Assembly: GCA_947085095.1 (NCBI GenBank)
Contig: CAMTVD010000016.1
Span: forward strand, 29,056-93,055
DNA length: 64,000 nucleotides
Direction of reading: 5' to 3'
From: an uncultured Thermus sp.
GTDB taxonomy: Bacteria > Deinococcota > Deinococci > Deinococcales > Thermaceae
Shown: positions 8,292 to 17,615 of the stretch, piece after piece
How positions within the stretch are numbered: the stretch's first letter is position 1
How the letters are laid out: the number at the start of each line of letters is the position of its first letter
Translations under genes and position numbers: made by a program
Notes under the pieces: generated by a model
Database searches by the model: none
What the model was told of the DNA's origin: nothing
The model's input: only the letters and a program-made list of their open reading frames with translations

Positions 8292-9384
8292 GTTGCAGAA
8301 CCTTTAGCCCCGTCAGGGGATTGCGACTTCAGATTAAACTTCTTTGCCAGCTCCTCGGCCTTCTTGGTTGCAGAACCTTTAGCCCCGTCAGGGGATTGCG
8401 ACACCAGGATCTCCGCGAAGCGCGACAGCCCCTGGAGCTGGCGTTGCAGAACCTTTAGCCCCGTCAGGGGATTGCGACGGGGTTTGGCCCCCTGGCCCTA
8501 TCGGATGCCGCTAGGTTGCAGAACCTTTAGCCCCGTCAGGGGATTGCGACTCGGGTAAGGGCCGCAACTTCCACGGGTGCGGTTGGCAGGTTGCAGAACC
8601 TTTAGCCCCGTCAGGGGATTGCGACTTGCCTATCAAGCCATGTGGCACGAAGCCCAGCGTATCTTGTTGTAGAACCTTTAGCCCCGTCAGGGGATTGCGA
8701 CGGCTAGGGCCCCCGGATAGCCCGGGGGCCCATGCTAGTCGGTTGCAGAACCTTTAGCCCCGACAGGGGATTGCGACGCGTTCCCGCGTTCCCAGTCTAT
8801 AACCGCCCAAAGCTTAGTTGCAGAACCTTTAGCCCCGTCAGGGGATTGCGACGGCGTGGCCTCAGCGATGGTGTCCACCCTGTTCAACCGGGTTGCAGAA
8901 CCTTTAGCCCCGTCAGGGGATTGCGACTCACCAGTCCATCTATGTGCCCGGTGACTTCAATGGGGGTTGCAGAACCTTTAGCCCCGTCAGGGGATTGCGA
9001 CAGCTTAGCCCCATCCTTGGGACTTCTTTTTTTCCTTGTTGCAGAACCTTTAGCCCCGTCAGGGGATTGCGACCCACGCCCCATGCGGCCTAGCCCCACG
9101 CCGTGCGCGTACCCGCGTTGCAGAGCCTTTAGCCCCGTCAGGGGATTGCGACCCCGGCGCCTTTTCGTCCACTGGACAAATTCTTGAGCAAGAGTTGCAG
9201 AACCTTTAGCCCCGTCAGGGGATTGCGACTAGCCATCTTCGGTACCGGCGTATCGCCACCCATTCTTGGGTTGCAGAACCTTTAGCCCCGTCAGGGGATT
9301 GCGACAGGGGCTCCCAGGAACCTTGGATAGCTGGCTCATGGCCTGGGAGTTGCAGAACCTTTAGCCCCGTCAGGGGATTGCGCT
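8292..9384 (+). CRISPR. CRISPR array: 15 repeats of 36 bp (GTTGCAGAACCTTTAGCCCCGTCAGGGGATTGCGAC) and 14 spacers of 36-43 bp; type III-like
   Basis: Repeats start at 8292, 8367, 8443, 8515, 8590, 8666, 8742, 8817, 8892, 8966, 9038, 9117, 9194, 9270, 9349. Single substitutions in repeats 6, 7 and 12. The last repeat ends GATTGCGCT (degenerate). CCCC-GTCA-GGGG stem and ATTGCGAC 8-nt handle as in Thermus Csm/Cmr crRNAs. Confidence 0.99.
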
Positions 9385-9479
9385 CCCGGTTGTGGGGCCG
9401 GGTTTCGCCCCACCGTTTCCCTAGGGGTTTTTGCGTGGGTGCGCCGTGGGGGGGGTGTGGGGAGCCTATAATGCCTCCT

Positions 9480-10235
9480 ATGCGCCTTCTCTTCGTTGGA
9501 GACGTGATGGCGGAGCCCGGCCTCAGGGCCGTGAGCCTCCACCTGCCGGACATCCGGGACCGCTACGACCTGGTCATCGCCAATGGGGAGAATGCCGCCA
9601 AAGGTAAGGGCCTGGACAAGAGGAGCTACCGCCTCCTCCGGGAGGCGGGGGTGGACCTTGTCTCCCTGGGCAACCACGCCTGGGACCACAAGGAGGTCTA
9701 CGAGCTTCTGGAAAGGGAGCCCGTGGTGCGGGCCCTCAACTACCCCCCGGGGACGCCGGGGAAGGGGTTTTGGCGCCTGGAGGCCGGGGAAAGCCTCCTC
9801 TTCGTCCAGGTGATGGGCCGCGTCTTCATGGACCCCCTGGATGACCCCTTCCGTTCCCTGGATGCCCTCTTGGAGAGGGAGAAAGCGGATTACGTTCTGG
9901 TGGAGGTCCACGCCGAGGCCACCAGCGAGAAGATGGCCCTGGCCCACTACCTGGACGGCCGGGTTTCCGCCGTCTTGGGCACCCACACCCACGTGCCCAC
10001 CCTGGACGCCACCCGCCTGCCCAAGGGCACCCTCTACCAGACCGACGTGGGCATGACGGGTACCTACCAGTCCATCATCGGGGGGGATTTGGAGGCCTTT
10101 TTGGCCCGCTTCCTCACCGGCCGCCCCCAGCCCTTCCGCCCCGCCCAGGGCAAGGCCCGCTTCCACGCCACGGAGCTGGTCTTTGAGGGGGGTAGGCCCG
10201 TTTCCATCAGCCCCTATGTCTGGGAGGAGCCGTGA
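9480..10235 (+). CDS. ymdB: YmdB/TIGR00282 metallophosphoesterase
   Basis: [45 protein letters not shown] 9480 lies 7 nt after TATAAT. Confidence 0.93.
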   Translation: MRLLFVGDVMAEPGLRAVSLHLPDIRDRYDLVIANGENAAKGKGLDKRSYRLLREAGVDLVSLGNHAWDHKEVYELLEREPVVRALNYPPGTPGKGFWRLEAGESLLFVQVMGRVFMDPLDDPFRSLDALLEREKADYVLVEVHAEATSEKMALAHYLDGRVSAVLGTHTHVPTLDATRLPKGTLYQTDVGMTGTYQSIIGGDLEAFLARFLTGRPQPFRPAQGKARFHATELVFEGGRPVSISPYVWEEP

Positions 10236-12805
10236 CCGACTCCTTTGAGGCGCTAAGGGCGGAGGTAGACCTTCTGGGCCGCCTTCTGGGCGAGGCCATC
10301 AGGAAGGTTTCCGGGGAGAGGTTCTTCGCCCTGGTGGAGGAGGTGCGCCTCCTTTCCAAGGCTAGGAGGCAGGGGGACGAGGCCGCCGGGGAGGCCCTCC
10401 TTTCCCGGGTGGAGGGGCTTTCGGTCCTCGAGGCCGAGGCCCTGGTGCGGGCCTTCACCCACTACTTCCACCTGGTGAACCTGGCGGAGGAGCGCCACCG
10501 GGTGCGGGTGAACCAGGAGAGGGCACAGGCGGAGACCCCTGAGAACCCCAGGCCCGAGGGCTTTTTGGCCCTGGCCCTGGCCCTGAAGGCCCGGGGGCTT
10601 TCCCTGGAGGAGGCCGAGGCCCACCTGAACCGCCTGGAGCTCCTCCTCACCTTCACCGCCCACCCCACGGAAACCCGCCGCCGCACCCTGCGGCACCACC
10701 TGGAGCGCCTCCAGGCCGAGCTGGAAGAGGGCGGGAGGGATCGCCTCTTCGCCCGGGTGGCCCTCCTCTACGCCACCGAGGAGGTCAGGAAGGCGCGCCC
10801 CAGCGTGGAGGACGAGATCAAGGGGGGGCTTTACTACCTGCCCACCACCCTGTGGCAGGCCATCCCCAAGGTGGTGGAGGGGCTGGAACTGGCCCTGGAA
10901 AGGGTCTACGGCCGAAGGCCCCGCCTCAAAAGCCCCGTGCGTTTCCGCAGCTGGATCGGCGGGGACCGGGACGGGAACCCCTTCGTCACCCCCGAGGTCA
11001 CCGCCTTCGCCGCCCGCTACGCCCGGGAGGTGGCGCAAAGGAAGTTCTTAGAGGAGCTCGAGGCCCTGGTGCGGGACCTCTCCCTCTCCGAGGCCAAGGT
11101 GCCCGTGCCCTGGGAGGTGCGCCAGGGGGGCGAAGGGGTGGAGCGGTTTCCCGGGGAGGCCTACCGCCGCTTCTTCGCCCGGCTCCACGAGGGGCTCGCC
11201 CGGGGGGAGGCCACCACGGAGGGGCTCCTCTCCGCCCTCAAGGCGGCGGAAGGGGGGCTGCGGGCGGTGGGGCTTGCGGAAGTGGCGGAAAGCTTCCTGA
11301 GGCCCCTCGAGGCCCGCCTCACCGCCTTTGGCCTGGAGCTTGCCCCCCTGGACCTCCGGGAGGAGTCGGGGAAGCTCCTCCAGGCCGCGGCGGAGCTCCT
11401 TCGGCTGGGCGGGGTCCACCCGGACTTCCTCTCCCTCTCCCCCGAGGCCCAGGAGGCCCTTCTCACCGAGGAGCTGAAGACGGCGAGGCCCCTCCTCCCC
11501 GTGGGGGAGGAGCCCCAGGGGGAGGCCTTGAGGGTGGCCCTGGGGGCTTTTCGGGCCTGGCGGGACAAGGGGGCCCAGGTGGTCTCCATGACCCACCACC
11601 CTTTAGACCTCCTCGCCGTCTTCCTCCTGGCCCGGGAGGTGGGGCTTTACCGCCCCGGCAGGCCCCTTCCCTTTGACGTGGTCCCCCTCTTTGAGACCCT
11701 GGAGGACCTGAAGCGGGCCCCCCTGGTCCTCCGCCGCCTCCTGGAAAACCCCGTCTTCCTGGCCCACGCCCAAGGCCGGGGCGGGGTGGAGGTCATGATC
11801 GGCTACTCCGACTCCAACAAGGACGCGGGCTTCCTCATGGCCAACCTGGCCCTTTACGAGGCCCAGGAGGCCCTGAGCCGGGTGGGGGAGGAGAAGGGGC
11901 TTCCCGTCCACTTCTTCCACGGCCGGGGCACCTCCACCGCCCGGGGGGGCGGCCCCGCGGGCCGGGCCATCGCCAGCCTGCCCCCGAGGAGCGTGGGCCG
12001 CCGCCTCCGCCTCACCGAGCAGGGGGAGGCCCTGGCGGACCGCTACAGCCACCCCGATCTGGCGGTGCGCCACCTGGAGCAGCTCCTCTTCCACTTCGCC
12101 CAGGCCGCCCTGGGGGAAGGGACGGAGCCCCAGGCCTCCTGGCGGGAGGCCCTTTGGCGGGCGGGGGAGGAGAGCATGGCCCGCTACCGGGCCCTCTTGG
12201 CCGAGGAGGGCTTCTTCCCCTTCTTTGAGGCCCTCACTCCCATCCGCGAGATCGGGGAGCTTCCCATCGCCAGCCGCCCCGTCTACCGCCACGGCCGGGT
12301 GCGGGACATCCGGGACCTCCGGGCCATTCCCTGGGTCATGGCCTGGACCCAGGTGCGGCTTCTCCTCCCCGGCTGGTACGGCCTTAGCGCCCTGGAGGGG
12401 CTTCCTTTGGACCTCCTCAGGAGCATGTACCGGGAGTGGCCCTTCTTCGCCACCACCCTGGAGAGCGCCGCCATGGCCCTGGCCAAGGCGGACCTGGGGG
12501 TGGCCCGGCTCTACCTGCGCCTGGTGCCGGAGCCCCTTCACCCCCTTTTCCACCGCATCGCCGGGGAGTACCTCCGCACCCGGGAGCTCCTGGAGGCCAT
12601 CTTCCAGGCCCCCCTCCTCCACAACCAAAAGACCCTGGAAAGGCAGACCGCCCTGAGAAACCCCTACGTGGACCCCATCAACATCGTCCAGGTGGAGCTC
12701 CTAAGGCGCTACCGCTCCCCTGGCGGCCGGGAGGACGAGGCCCTGAGGAAGGCCCTCCTCCTCTCCCTCCTGGGGGTGGCGGCGGGCCTGAGGAACGCGG
12801 GGTAA
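10232..12805 (+). CDS. ppc: Phosphoenolpyruvate carboxylase
   Basis: [40 protein letters not shown] and the C-terminal RNAG. Confidence 0.97.
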   Translation: MTDSFEALRAEVDLLGRLLGEAIRKVSGERFFALVEEVRLLSKARRQGDEAAGEALLSRVEGLSVLEAEALVRAFTHYFHLVNLAEERHRVRVNQERAQAETPENPRPEGFLALALALKARGLSLEEAEAHLNRLELLLTFTAHPTETRRRTLRHHLERLQAELEEGGRDRLFARVALLYATEEVRKARPSVEDEIKGGLYYLPTTLWQAIPKVVEGLELALERVYGRRPRLKSPVRFRSWIGGDRDGNPFVTPEVTAFAARYAREVAQRKFLEELEALVRDLSLSEAKVPVPWEVRQGGEGVERFPGEAYRRFFARLHEGLARGEATTEGLLSALKAAEGGLRAVGLAEVAESFLRPLEARLTAFGLELAPLDLREESGKLLQAAAELLRLGGVHPDFLSLSPEAQEALLTEELKTARPLLPVGEEPQGEALRVALGAFRAWRDKGAQVVSMTHHPLDLLAVFLLAREVGLYRPGRPLPFDVVPLFETLEDLKRAPLVLRRLLENPVFLAHAQGRGGVEVMIGYSDSNKDAGFLMANLALYEAQEALSRVGEEKGLPVHFFHGRGTSTARGGGPAGRAIASLPPRSVGRRLRLTEQGEALADRYSHPDLAVRHLEQLLFHFAQAALGEGTEPQASWREALWRAGEESMARYRALLAEEGFFPFFEALTPIREIGELPIASRPVYRHGRVRDIRDLRAIPWVMAWTQVRLLLPGWYGLSALEGLPLDLLRSMYREWPFFATTLESAAMALAKADLGVARLYLRLVPEPLHPLFHRIAGEYLRTRELLEAIFQAPLLHNQKTLERQTALRNPYVDPINIVQVELLRRYRSPGGREDEALRKALLLSLLGVAAGLRNAG

Positions 12806-12815
12806 GATGGGGCCG

Positions 12816-13355
12816 ATGGAGCCCTTGGGCCACCACCAGGACCAGCGGGTGGGGGTGTTCGTGGACACCCAGAACCTCTACCACTCCGCCCGCGATTACT
12901 ACGAGCGCAACGTGAACTTTGAGAGCCTCCTGCGCTTCGCCGTGGGGGGAAGGCGCCTGGTCCGGGCCACGGCCTACGTGGTGGAGCGGGAGGGGGACAC
13001 CTCCGCCTGGCCCTTCATCTACAAGCTCTCCACCATCGGCTACCGGGTGCGGCGCATGTACCTCACGGTGAAGGAGCTGGGGGAAGGGGGCAAGCCCATC
13101 TATGAGGGCAACTGGGACATGGGCATCGCCGCCGACATGGTCCGCCTCATGCCCCATCTGGACGTGGTGGTCCTGGGAAGCGGGGATGGGGACTTCGTGG
13201 AGATCCTCGAGGTCCTCATGGAAAGGGGCATCCGGGTGGAGGTCATCGCCTTCCGGGAAACCACCTCCCAAAAGCTCATAGACGCCGTGGACCGCTTCGT
13301 CCACCTGCCCGAGATCCCCAACCCCTTCATGGAACCCAAAAACCCCGAGCGCTAA
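12816..13355 (+). CDS. NYN/LabA (DUF88) PIN-like domain protein
   Basis: VFVDTQNLY...GNWDMGIAAD...LGSGDGDF. Start is 12816 (7 nt after TAAGAT) or 12807. Confidence 0.88.
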   Translation: MEPLGHHQDQRVGVFVDTQNLYHSARDYYERNVNFESLLRFAVGGRRLVRATAYVVEREGDTSAWPFIYKLSTIGYRVRRMYLTVKELGEGGKPIYEGNWDMGIAADMVRLMPHLDVVVLGSGDGDFVEILEVLMERGIRVEVIAFRETTSQKLIDAVDRFVHLPEIPNPFMEPKNPER

Positions 13356-13358
13356 GCT

Positions 13359-14396
13359 ATGGCAGGACTGGAAGCTTACGATTACCACCTTCCCCCGGAG
13401 CTCATCGCCCAAGAGGGGGTGGAGCCCCGGGACCTGGCCCGCATGATGGTGGTCTATAGGGAAGGTCCCTTCCGGGTGGAGCACAAGAGGGTGCGGGACC
13501 TCCCGGAGTTCCTGCGCCCCGGGGACGTGCTGGTCTTCAACGAGAGCAAGGTGATCCCCGCCCGCCTCCTGGCCAGGAAGCCCACGGGGGGCAGGGTGGA
13601 GGTCCTCTTGGTGCGGGAGAGGGAGCCCGGCCTCTGGGAGGCCCTCCTGGGCCCTGCCAGGAAGGCTCCCGTGGGCACGGAGCTTTCCTTCCTTTCCCCC
13701 AAGGACCTGGAGCCGGTCCCCGGCTTGAAGGCGAAGGTGGTGGGGGTGGAGGAGGACGGGGTGCGCCTCCTCCGCTTCCAGGGGGACCTGGTGGGCCACC
13801 TGGAGGAGGTGGGGGAGGTGCCCCTTCCCCCCTACATCAAGGCCCAGATTCCCCTGGAGCGCTACCAGACGGTCTACGCCAAGCGGCCGGGCTCCGTGGC
13901 CGCCCCCACGGCCGGCCTCCACTTCACCCCGGAGCTTTTGGAAAGGCTTCGGGCTATGGGGGTGGAGCTTCACTTCCTCACCCTCCACGTGGGCCCCGGT
14001 ACCTTCCGCCCGGTGAAGGGGGACCCCGGGAAGCACGAGATGCACGCCGAGCCCTACGAGATCCCCGAGGCCACCGCCTGGGCGGTGAACCGGGCCAAGG
14101 GGGAGGGGAGGCGGGTCATCGCTGTGGGCACCACGGTGGTGCGGGCCCTGGAGAGCGCCTACCGGGAAGGGGAGGGGGTGGTGCCGGGGGTGGGGGAGAC
14201 CCGGCTCTTCATCCGCCCCCCCTACGTCTTCAAGGCCATAGACGCCCTCTTCACCAACTTCCACCTCCCCCGCTCCACCCTCCTCATGCTGGTGGCCGCC
14301 TTCCTGGGGAACGAGCGCACCATGGCGGCCTACCGCCTGGCGGTGGCCGAGCGCTACCGCTTCTATTCCCTGGGCGATGCCATGCTGATTCTTTGA
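13359..14396 (+). CDS. queA: S-adenosylmethionine:tRNA ribosyltransferase-isomerase
   Basis: YDYHLPPELIAQ, PLPPYI, RYQTVYA, SVAAPTAGLHF, TNFHLP, YRFYSLGDAM. Confidence 0.97.
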   Translation: MAGLEAYDYHLPPELIAQEGVEPRDLARMMVVYREGPFRVEHKRVRDLPEFLRPGDVLVFNESKVIPARLLARKPTGGRVEVLLVREREPGLWEALLGPARKAPVGTELSFLSPKDLEPVPGLKAKVVGVEEDGVRLLRFQGDLVGHLEEVGEVPLPPYIKAQIPLERYQTVYAKRPGSVAAPTAGLHFTPELLERLRAMGVELHFLTLHVGPGTFRPVKGDPGKHEMHAEPYEIPEATAWAVNRAKGEGRRVIAVGTTVVRALESAYREGEGVVPGVGETRLFIRPPYVFKAIDALFTNFHLPRSTLLMLVAAFLGNERTMAAYRLAVAERYRFYSLGDAMLIL

Positions 14397-14758
14397 AGAA
14401 AGGCCAGGGCTTTCTCCTTGGGAAGGAGGGTGGGCTCCCGCTCCGGGGCGAACCAGGCGAGGAGGGCGGCCAGGTCCTCCTCCGGGGTGTAATCTTTGGG
14501 GGCCAGGAGGACCTTGTGGTCTCCGTCCAGGAGCTGGAGAAGGCCCACCACCTCCCCTTCCGCCTCGCCCAGGGGGTGCGGGGGGCCCAGGAGGACGGCG
14601 TCCACCTCCTCCCCGTCCGCGGGGTTCAGGAGGCCGGGGAGGAGGCCGTAGTTCACCGGGGCGGGCCGCTCCTCCCTCACGGGGAAGAGCCGCCCTTCTT
14701 TCCAGGCGTGCCGAAGGGGGCTTCCCTTGGTCCACTCCACGATCATCTTGAGGCGCAT
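14363..14758 (-). CDS. Short family I inorganic pyrophosphatase-like protein
   Basis: PVNYGLLP, DGEEVD (canonical DGDPLD) and D-G-D-H-K. Only 131 aa. Confidence 0.7.
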   Translation of the reverse strand: MRLKMIVEWTKGSPLRHAWKEGRLFPVREERPAPVNYGLLPGLLNPADGEEVDAVLLGPPHPLGEAEGEVVGLLQLLDGDHKVLLAPKDYTPEEDLAALLAWFAPEREPTLLPKEKALAFLQRISMASPRE

Positions 14759-14760
14759 GG

Positions 14761-16107
14761 CTAGAGGCCCAGGATCAGGCGGGCCACGCTCAGGTAGATG
14801 AGGAGGCCGATCACATCGGAGAGGGTGGCGATGAGGGGGTTGGAGACCAGGGCCGGGTCCACGCCGAGCCGCCTGAGGACCATGGGGAGCGTGGAGCCCA
14901 CCAGGTTGGCGAAAAGGACCAGGAGGAAAAGGGACAGGCCCACCACTGGGATGAGGGGGCCATAGCCGTCCAGCCCCACCTTGATGAGGAGGACGGAGGC
15001 CAGGGTGAGGCCTAAAAGGCTTCCCACCACGGTTTCCTTGAGGAGGACCCGCCGCCAGTCCCTGAGGTCCAGGTCCCGGGTGGCCAGGGCCCGGATGATG
15101 AGAGTGGCGGACTGGTTGCCCGTGTTTCCCCCGGTGCCTATGAGGACGGGCACGTAAAAGGCCAGGGCGGTCACCGCTTCCAAGACGCTCTCAAACCCCT
15201 GGAGGATGGAACTCGTCACCATTCCCGTGAGGATCAGGATGATGAGCCAGCGCACCCGGGCGAGCCAAAGCCCCACCGGGGAGGCCTGGCTGTAGACCAG
15301 GTCGGGCACGTCCACGGCGGCCAGCTTGTGGATGTCCTCGGTGGCCTCCTCTTCCAGGACGTCCAGGACGTCGTCCACGGTGACGATGCCCACCAGGCGG
15401 CCTTCCTCGTCCACCACGGGGAGCACGGTGAAGTCGTAGTCGGCCATGAGGCGGGCCACCTCTTCCTGGTCCGTGTCCGTGCGCACGTGGACCACCTTGG
15501 GGTTCATGATCTCCGCCACCTTGGTCCTGGGGTCAGCCACGATCAGGTCGCGCAAGGACAGCACCCCTTGGAGGCGCTCCTCTTCGTCCACCACGTACAG
15601 GTAGTAGATGGTCTCGGCATCGGGGGCGGCCCGGCGCAGGAAGCGGAGCACCTCGTCCACGGTCATGGTGGCCCGCACCGCCACGTACTCCGGGGTCATG
15701 AGGCCACCGGCCTCGTCCTCCTCGTACTGGGTGAGTTCCTCCACCTCGGCCCGGGTCTTTGGGTCCAGGGCCTCCTTGAGCCTTTTGGCCAGGGCCTCGT
15801 CCTCCTCCTCCACCGCCTGCAGGGCATCGGCCAGGTCGTCCAGGGAGAGCTCGGTGAGGAGTTCCTGCACCCGCCAGGGGGGGAGGGTCTTCAGGTACTC
15901 CGCCTGCTCCTCGGGGGCGAGGTTGGCGAAGACCTCCGCCGCTTTCTCCTTGGAGAGGAGGGTGAGGAGGACGTAGCGGTGCTCCCCGTTGAGGTCATCC
16001 CAAAGGAGGAGGAGGTCCTGGGGATGGGTCTCCTCCAAAAGGCGCTTGAGGGCCAGGGTGTCGCCCTCTTCCAGAGCTTGGAGAAGGGGGGAAAGGGTTT
16101 TCTCCAC
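14761..16107 (-). CDS. mgtE: Magnesium transporter MgtE
   Basis: N domain, CBS pair (AGGLMTPEY, YYLYVVD), GNTGNQSAT and VDPALVSNPLIATLSD. Confidence 0.97.
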   Translation of the reverse strand: MEKTLSPLLQALEEGDTLALKRLLEETHPQDLLLLWDDLNGEHRYVLLTLLSKEKAAEVFANLAPEEQAEYLKTLPPWRVQELLTELSLDDLADALQAVEEEDEALAKRLKEALDPKTRAEVEELTQYEEDEAGGLMTPEYVAVRATMTVDEVLRFLRRAAPDAETIYYLYVVDEEERLQGVLSLRDLIVADPRTKVAEIMNPKVVHVRTDTDQEEVARLMADYDFTVLPVVDEEGRLVGIVTVDDVLDVLEEEATEDIHKLAAVDVPDLVYSQASPVGLWLARVRWLIILILTGMVTSSILQGFESVLEAVTALAFYVPVLIGTGGNTGNQSATLIIRALATRDLDLRDWRRVLLKETVVGSLLGLTLASVLLIKVGLDGYGPLIPVVGLSLFLLVLFANLVGSTLPMVLRRLGVDPALVSNPLIATLSDVIGLLIYLSVARLILGL

Positions 16108-16151
16108 GGGCGGCCTCCTTTCTGGCCGAAGGCCGCCCGAAGGCGGCCTTC
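16107..16151 (-). promoter_or_regulatory. Mutually exclusive hairpins in the mgtE 5' leader (anti-sequestrator vs RBS sequestrator)
   Basis: GAAGGCCGCC-UUCG-GGCGGCCUUC is a perfect 10-bp stem. Its 3' arm can instead pair with GGAGGCCGCCCG (SD to first base of the start codon). Confidence 0.7.
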
Positions 16152-16185
16152 AGGGCCTGGGACTCGAGGGCAGAGCCTCCGACAT
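16150..16185 (-). CDS. Putative proline-rich leader peptide MSEALPSSPRP (MgtL-like)
   Basis: ATG TCG GAG GCT CTG CCC TCG AGT CCC AGG CCC TGA, 9 nt after the -10 box. The stop codon overlaps the 5' arm of the hairpin. Confidence 0.6.
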   Translation of the reverse strand: MSEALPSSPRP

Positions 16186-16194
16186 ACGCTTTCT

Positions 16195-16223
16195 AGCCTA
16201 TAGGGAGGGGGTTTCTCCGTCAA
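16195..16223 (-). promoter_or_regulatory. SigA promoter for mgtE: TTGACG-N17-TAGGCT
   Basis: Near-consensus hexamers with 17-bp spacing. Confidence 0.8.
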
Positions 16224-16256
16224 CCTGGCCCACTAGAAATGTGCGAAAAATTGCGG

Positions 16257-16286
16257 TTGACACGCTCAAGGGGTCTGCCCTATCCT
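16257..16286 (+). promoter_or_regulatory. SigA promoter for the ffh operon: TTGACA-N18-TATCCT
   Basis: Consensus -35 box, with the -10 box ending about 30 nt upstream of the ffh ATG. Confidence 0.7.
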
Positions 16287-16315
16287 GGAGCCCGGCCTTT
16301 GGGGCCAGGAGGGGC

Positions 16316-17608
16316 ATGTTCCAGAACCTTTCGGCGCGACTGCAAGAGGCCATCGGCCGCCTTCGGGGGCGGGGCCGGATCACCGAGGAGGACCTGAGGG
16401 AGACCCTCAGGGAGATCCGCCGGGCCCTCATGGAGGCCGACGTGAACCTCGAGGTGGCCCGCGCCTTTGTGGAGAGGGTGCGGGCGGAGGCCCTGGGGAA
16501 GCGGGTCCTGGAGAGCCTCACCCCCGCAGAGGTGGTCCTGGCCACCGTCTACGAGGCCCTGAAGGAGGCCCTGGGGGGCGAGCCCCAGCATCCCACCCTC
16601 AAGGACAAGAACCTCTGGTTCCTGGTGGGGCTCCAGGGCTCCGGCAAGACCACCACCGCCGCCAAGCTGGCCCTCCACTACAAGGGGAAGGGCAGGAGGC
16701 CCCTGCTGGTGGCCGCGGATACCAGGAGGCCCGCCGCCAGGGAGCAATTGAGGCTTCTGGGCGAGAAGGTGGGGGTGCCCGTGCTGGAGGTGATGGACGG
16801 CGAGCCCCCAGAGTCCATCCGCCGCCGCGTGGAGGAGAGGGCCCGCCTCGAGGCCCGGGACCTGGTCCTGGTGGACACCGCCGGCCGTCTGCAGATAGAC
16901 GAGCCCCTTATGGCCGAGCTGGCCCAGCTCAAAGGGGTGCTGCGCCCTGATGAGGTCCTCCTGGTCCTGGACGCCATGACCGGGCAGGAGGCCCTGGCCG
17001 TGGCCCAGGCTTTTGAGGAGAAGGTGGGGGTTACGGGCCTCGTCCTCACCAAGCTGGACGGGGATGCCCGGGGCGGGGCGGCCCTTTCCGCCCGGCACGT
17101 CACGGGAAAGCCCATCTATTTCGCCGGGGTTTCCGAGAAGCCCGAGGGTCTGGAGCCCTTCTACCCTGACCGCCTGGCGAGCCGCATCCTGGGCATGGGG
17201 GATGTGGCCACCCTGGCGGAAAAGGTGCGGGCGGCGGGGCTGGAGGCCGAAGTCCCCAGGTCCGCCAAGGAGCTTTCCCTGGAGGACTTCCTCAAGCAGA
17301 TGCAGAACCTCAGGCGCCTGGGTTCCTTCTCGGAGGTCCTGGGCATGCTCCCCGGGGTGCCCAAGGGATTGCAGGTGGACGAGAGGGCCTTTAGGCGCCT
17401 CGAGGCCATCGTCCTCTCCATGACCCCCGAGGAGCGTAAGGACCCCCGGGTTCTCAACGGCTCGCGGCGCAAGCGCATCGCCAAGGGGAGCGGCACCTCG
17501 GTGCAAGAGGTCAACCGCCTTCTCAAGGCCTTTGAGGAGACCAAGGCCCTGATGAAGTCCCTGGAAAAGAAAAAGGGCCGGGGACTCATGGGAATGTTCA
17601 GGAGGTAG
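16316..17608 (+). CDS. ffh: Signal recognition particle protein
   Basis: [34 protein letters not shown] and M domain SMTPEER. AGGAGG RBS upstream. Confidence 0.98.
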   Translation: MFQNLSARLQEAIGRLRGRGRITEEDLRETLREIRRALMEADVNLEVARAFVERVRAEALGKRVLESLTPAEVVLATVYEALKEALGGEPQHPTLKDKNLWFLVGLQGSGKTTTAAKLALHYKGKGRRPLLVAADTRRPAAREQLRLLGEKVGVPVLEVMDGEPPESIRRRVEERARLEARDLVLVDTAGRLQIDEPLMAELAQLKGVLRPDEVLLVLDAMTGQEALAVAQAFEEKVGVTGLVLTKLDGDARGGAALSARHVTGKPIYFAGVSEKPEGLEPFYPDRLASRILGMGDVATLAEKVRAAGLEAEVPRSAKELSLEDFLKQMQNLRRLGSFSEVLGMLPGVPKGLQVDERAFRRLEAIVLSMTPEERKDPRVLNGSRRKRIAKGSGTSVQEVNRLLKAFEETKALMKSLEKKKGRGLMGMFRR

Positions 17609-17615
17609 AAAAGAC

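Noticed and set aside
9002..9116. TTAGCCCC / TAGCCCC in spacers 10 and 11 matching the repeat core
   Set aside because: Only 7-8 nt of identity, so likely chance.
9074..9116. Spacer 11 reverse strand GYAHGVGLG resembling the SpoIID/LytB motif
   Set aside because: Too short, and it diverges after the motif; cannot be supported.
8364..9187. ORFs inside the CRISPR array
   Set aside because: Translations of repeats and spacers (recurring CRTFSPVRGLR), not proteins.
8328..9348. Self-targeting spacers within this window
   Set aside because: No extended match found by eye, only short common words. A whole-genome search was not possible.
9480..13355. YmdB or the NYN nuclease as CRISPR ancillary effectors
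   Set aside because: Neither has a CARF/SAVED domain. Both are common housekeeping genes with their own putative promoters.
12678..14735. Long antisense ORFs (e.g. 12678-14735, 16280-17656, 17729-19252, 31054-32961, 50287-51378)
   Set aside because: Shadow frames opposite well-supported genes. They are expected in very GC-rich DNA and have no recognisable motifs.
16108..16200. M-box (ykoK) riboswitch upstream of mgtE
   Set aside because: The leader is only about 85 nt and lacks M-box conserved segments. A leader-peptide model fits better.
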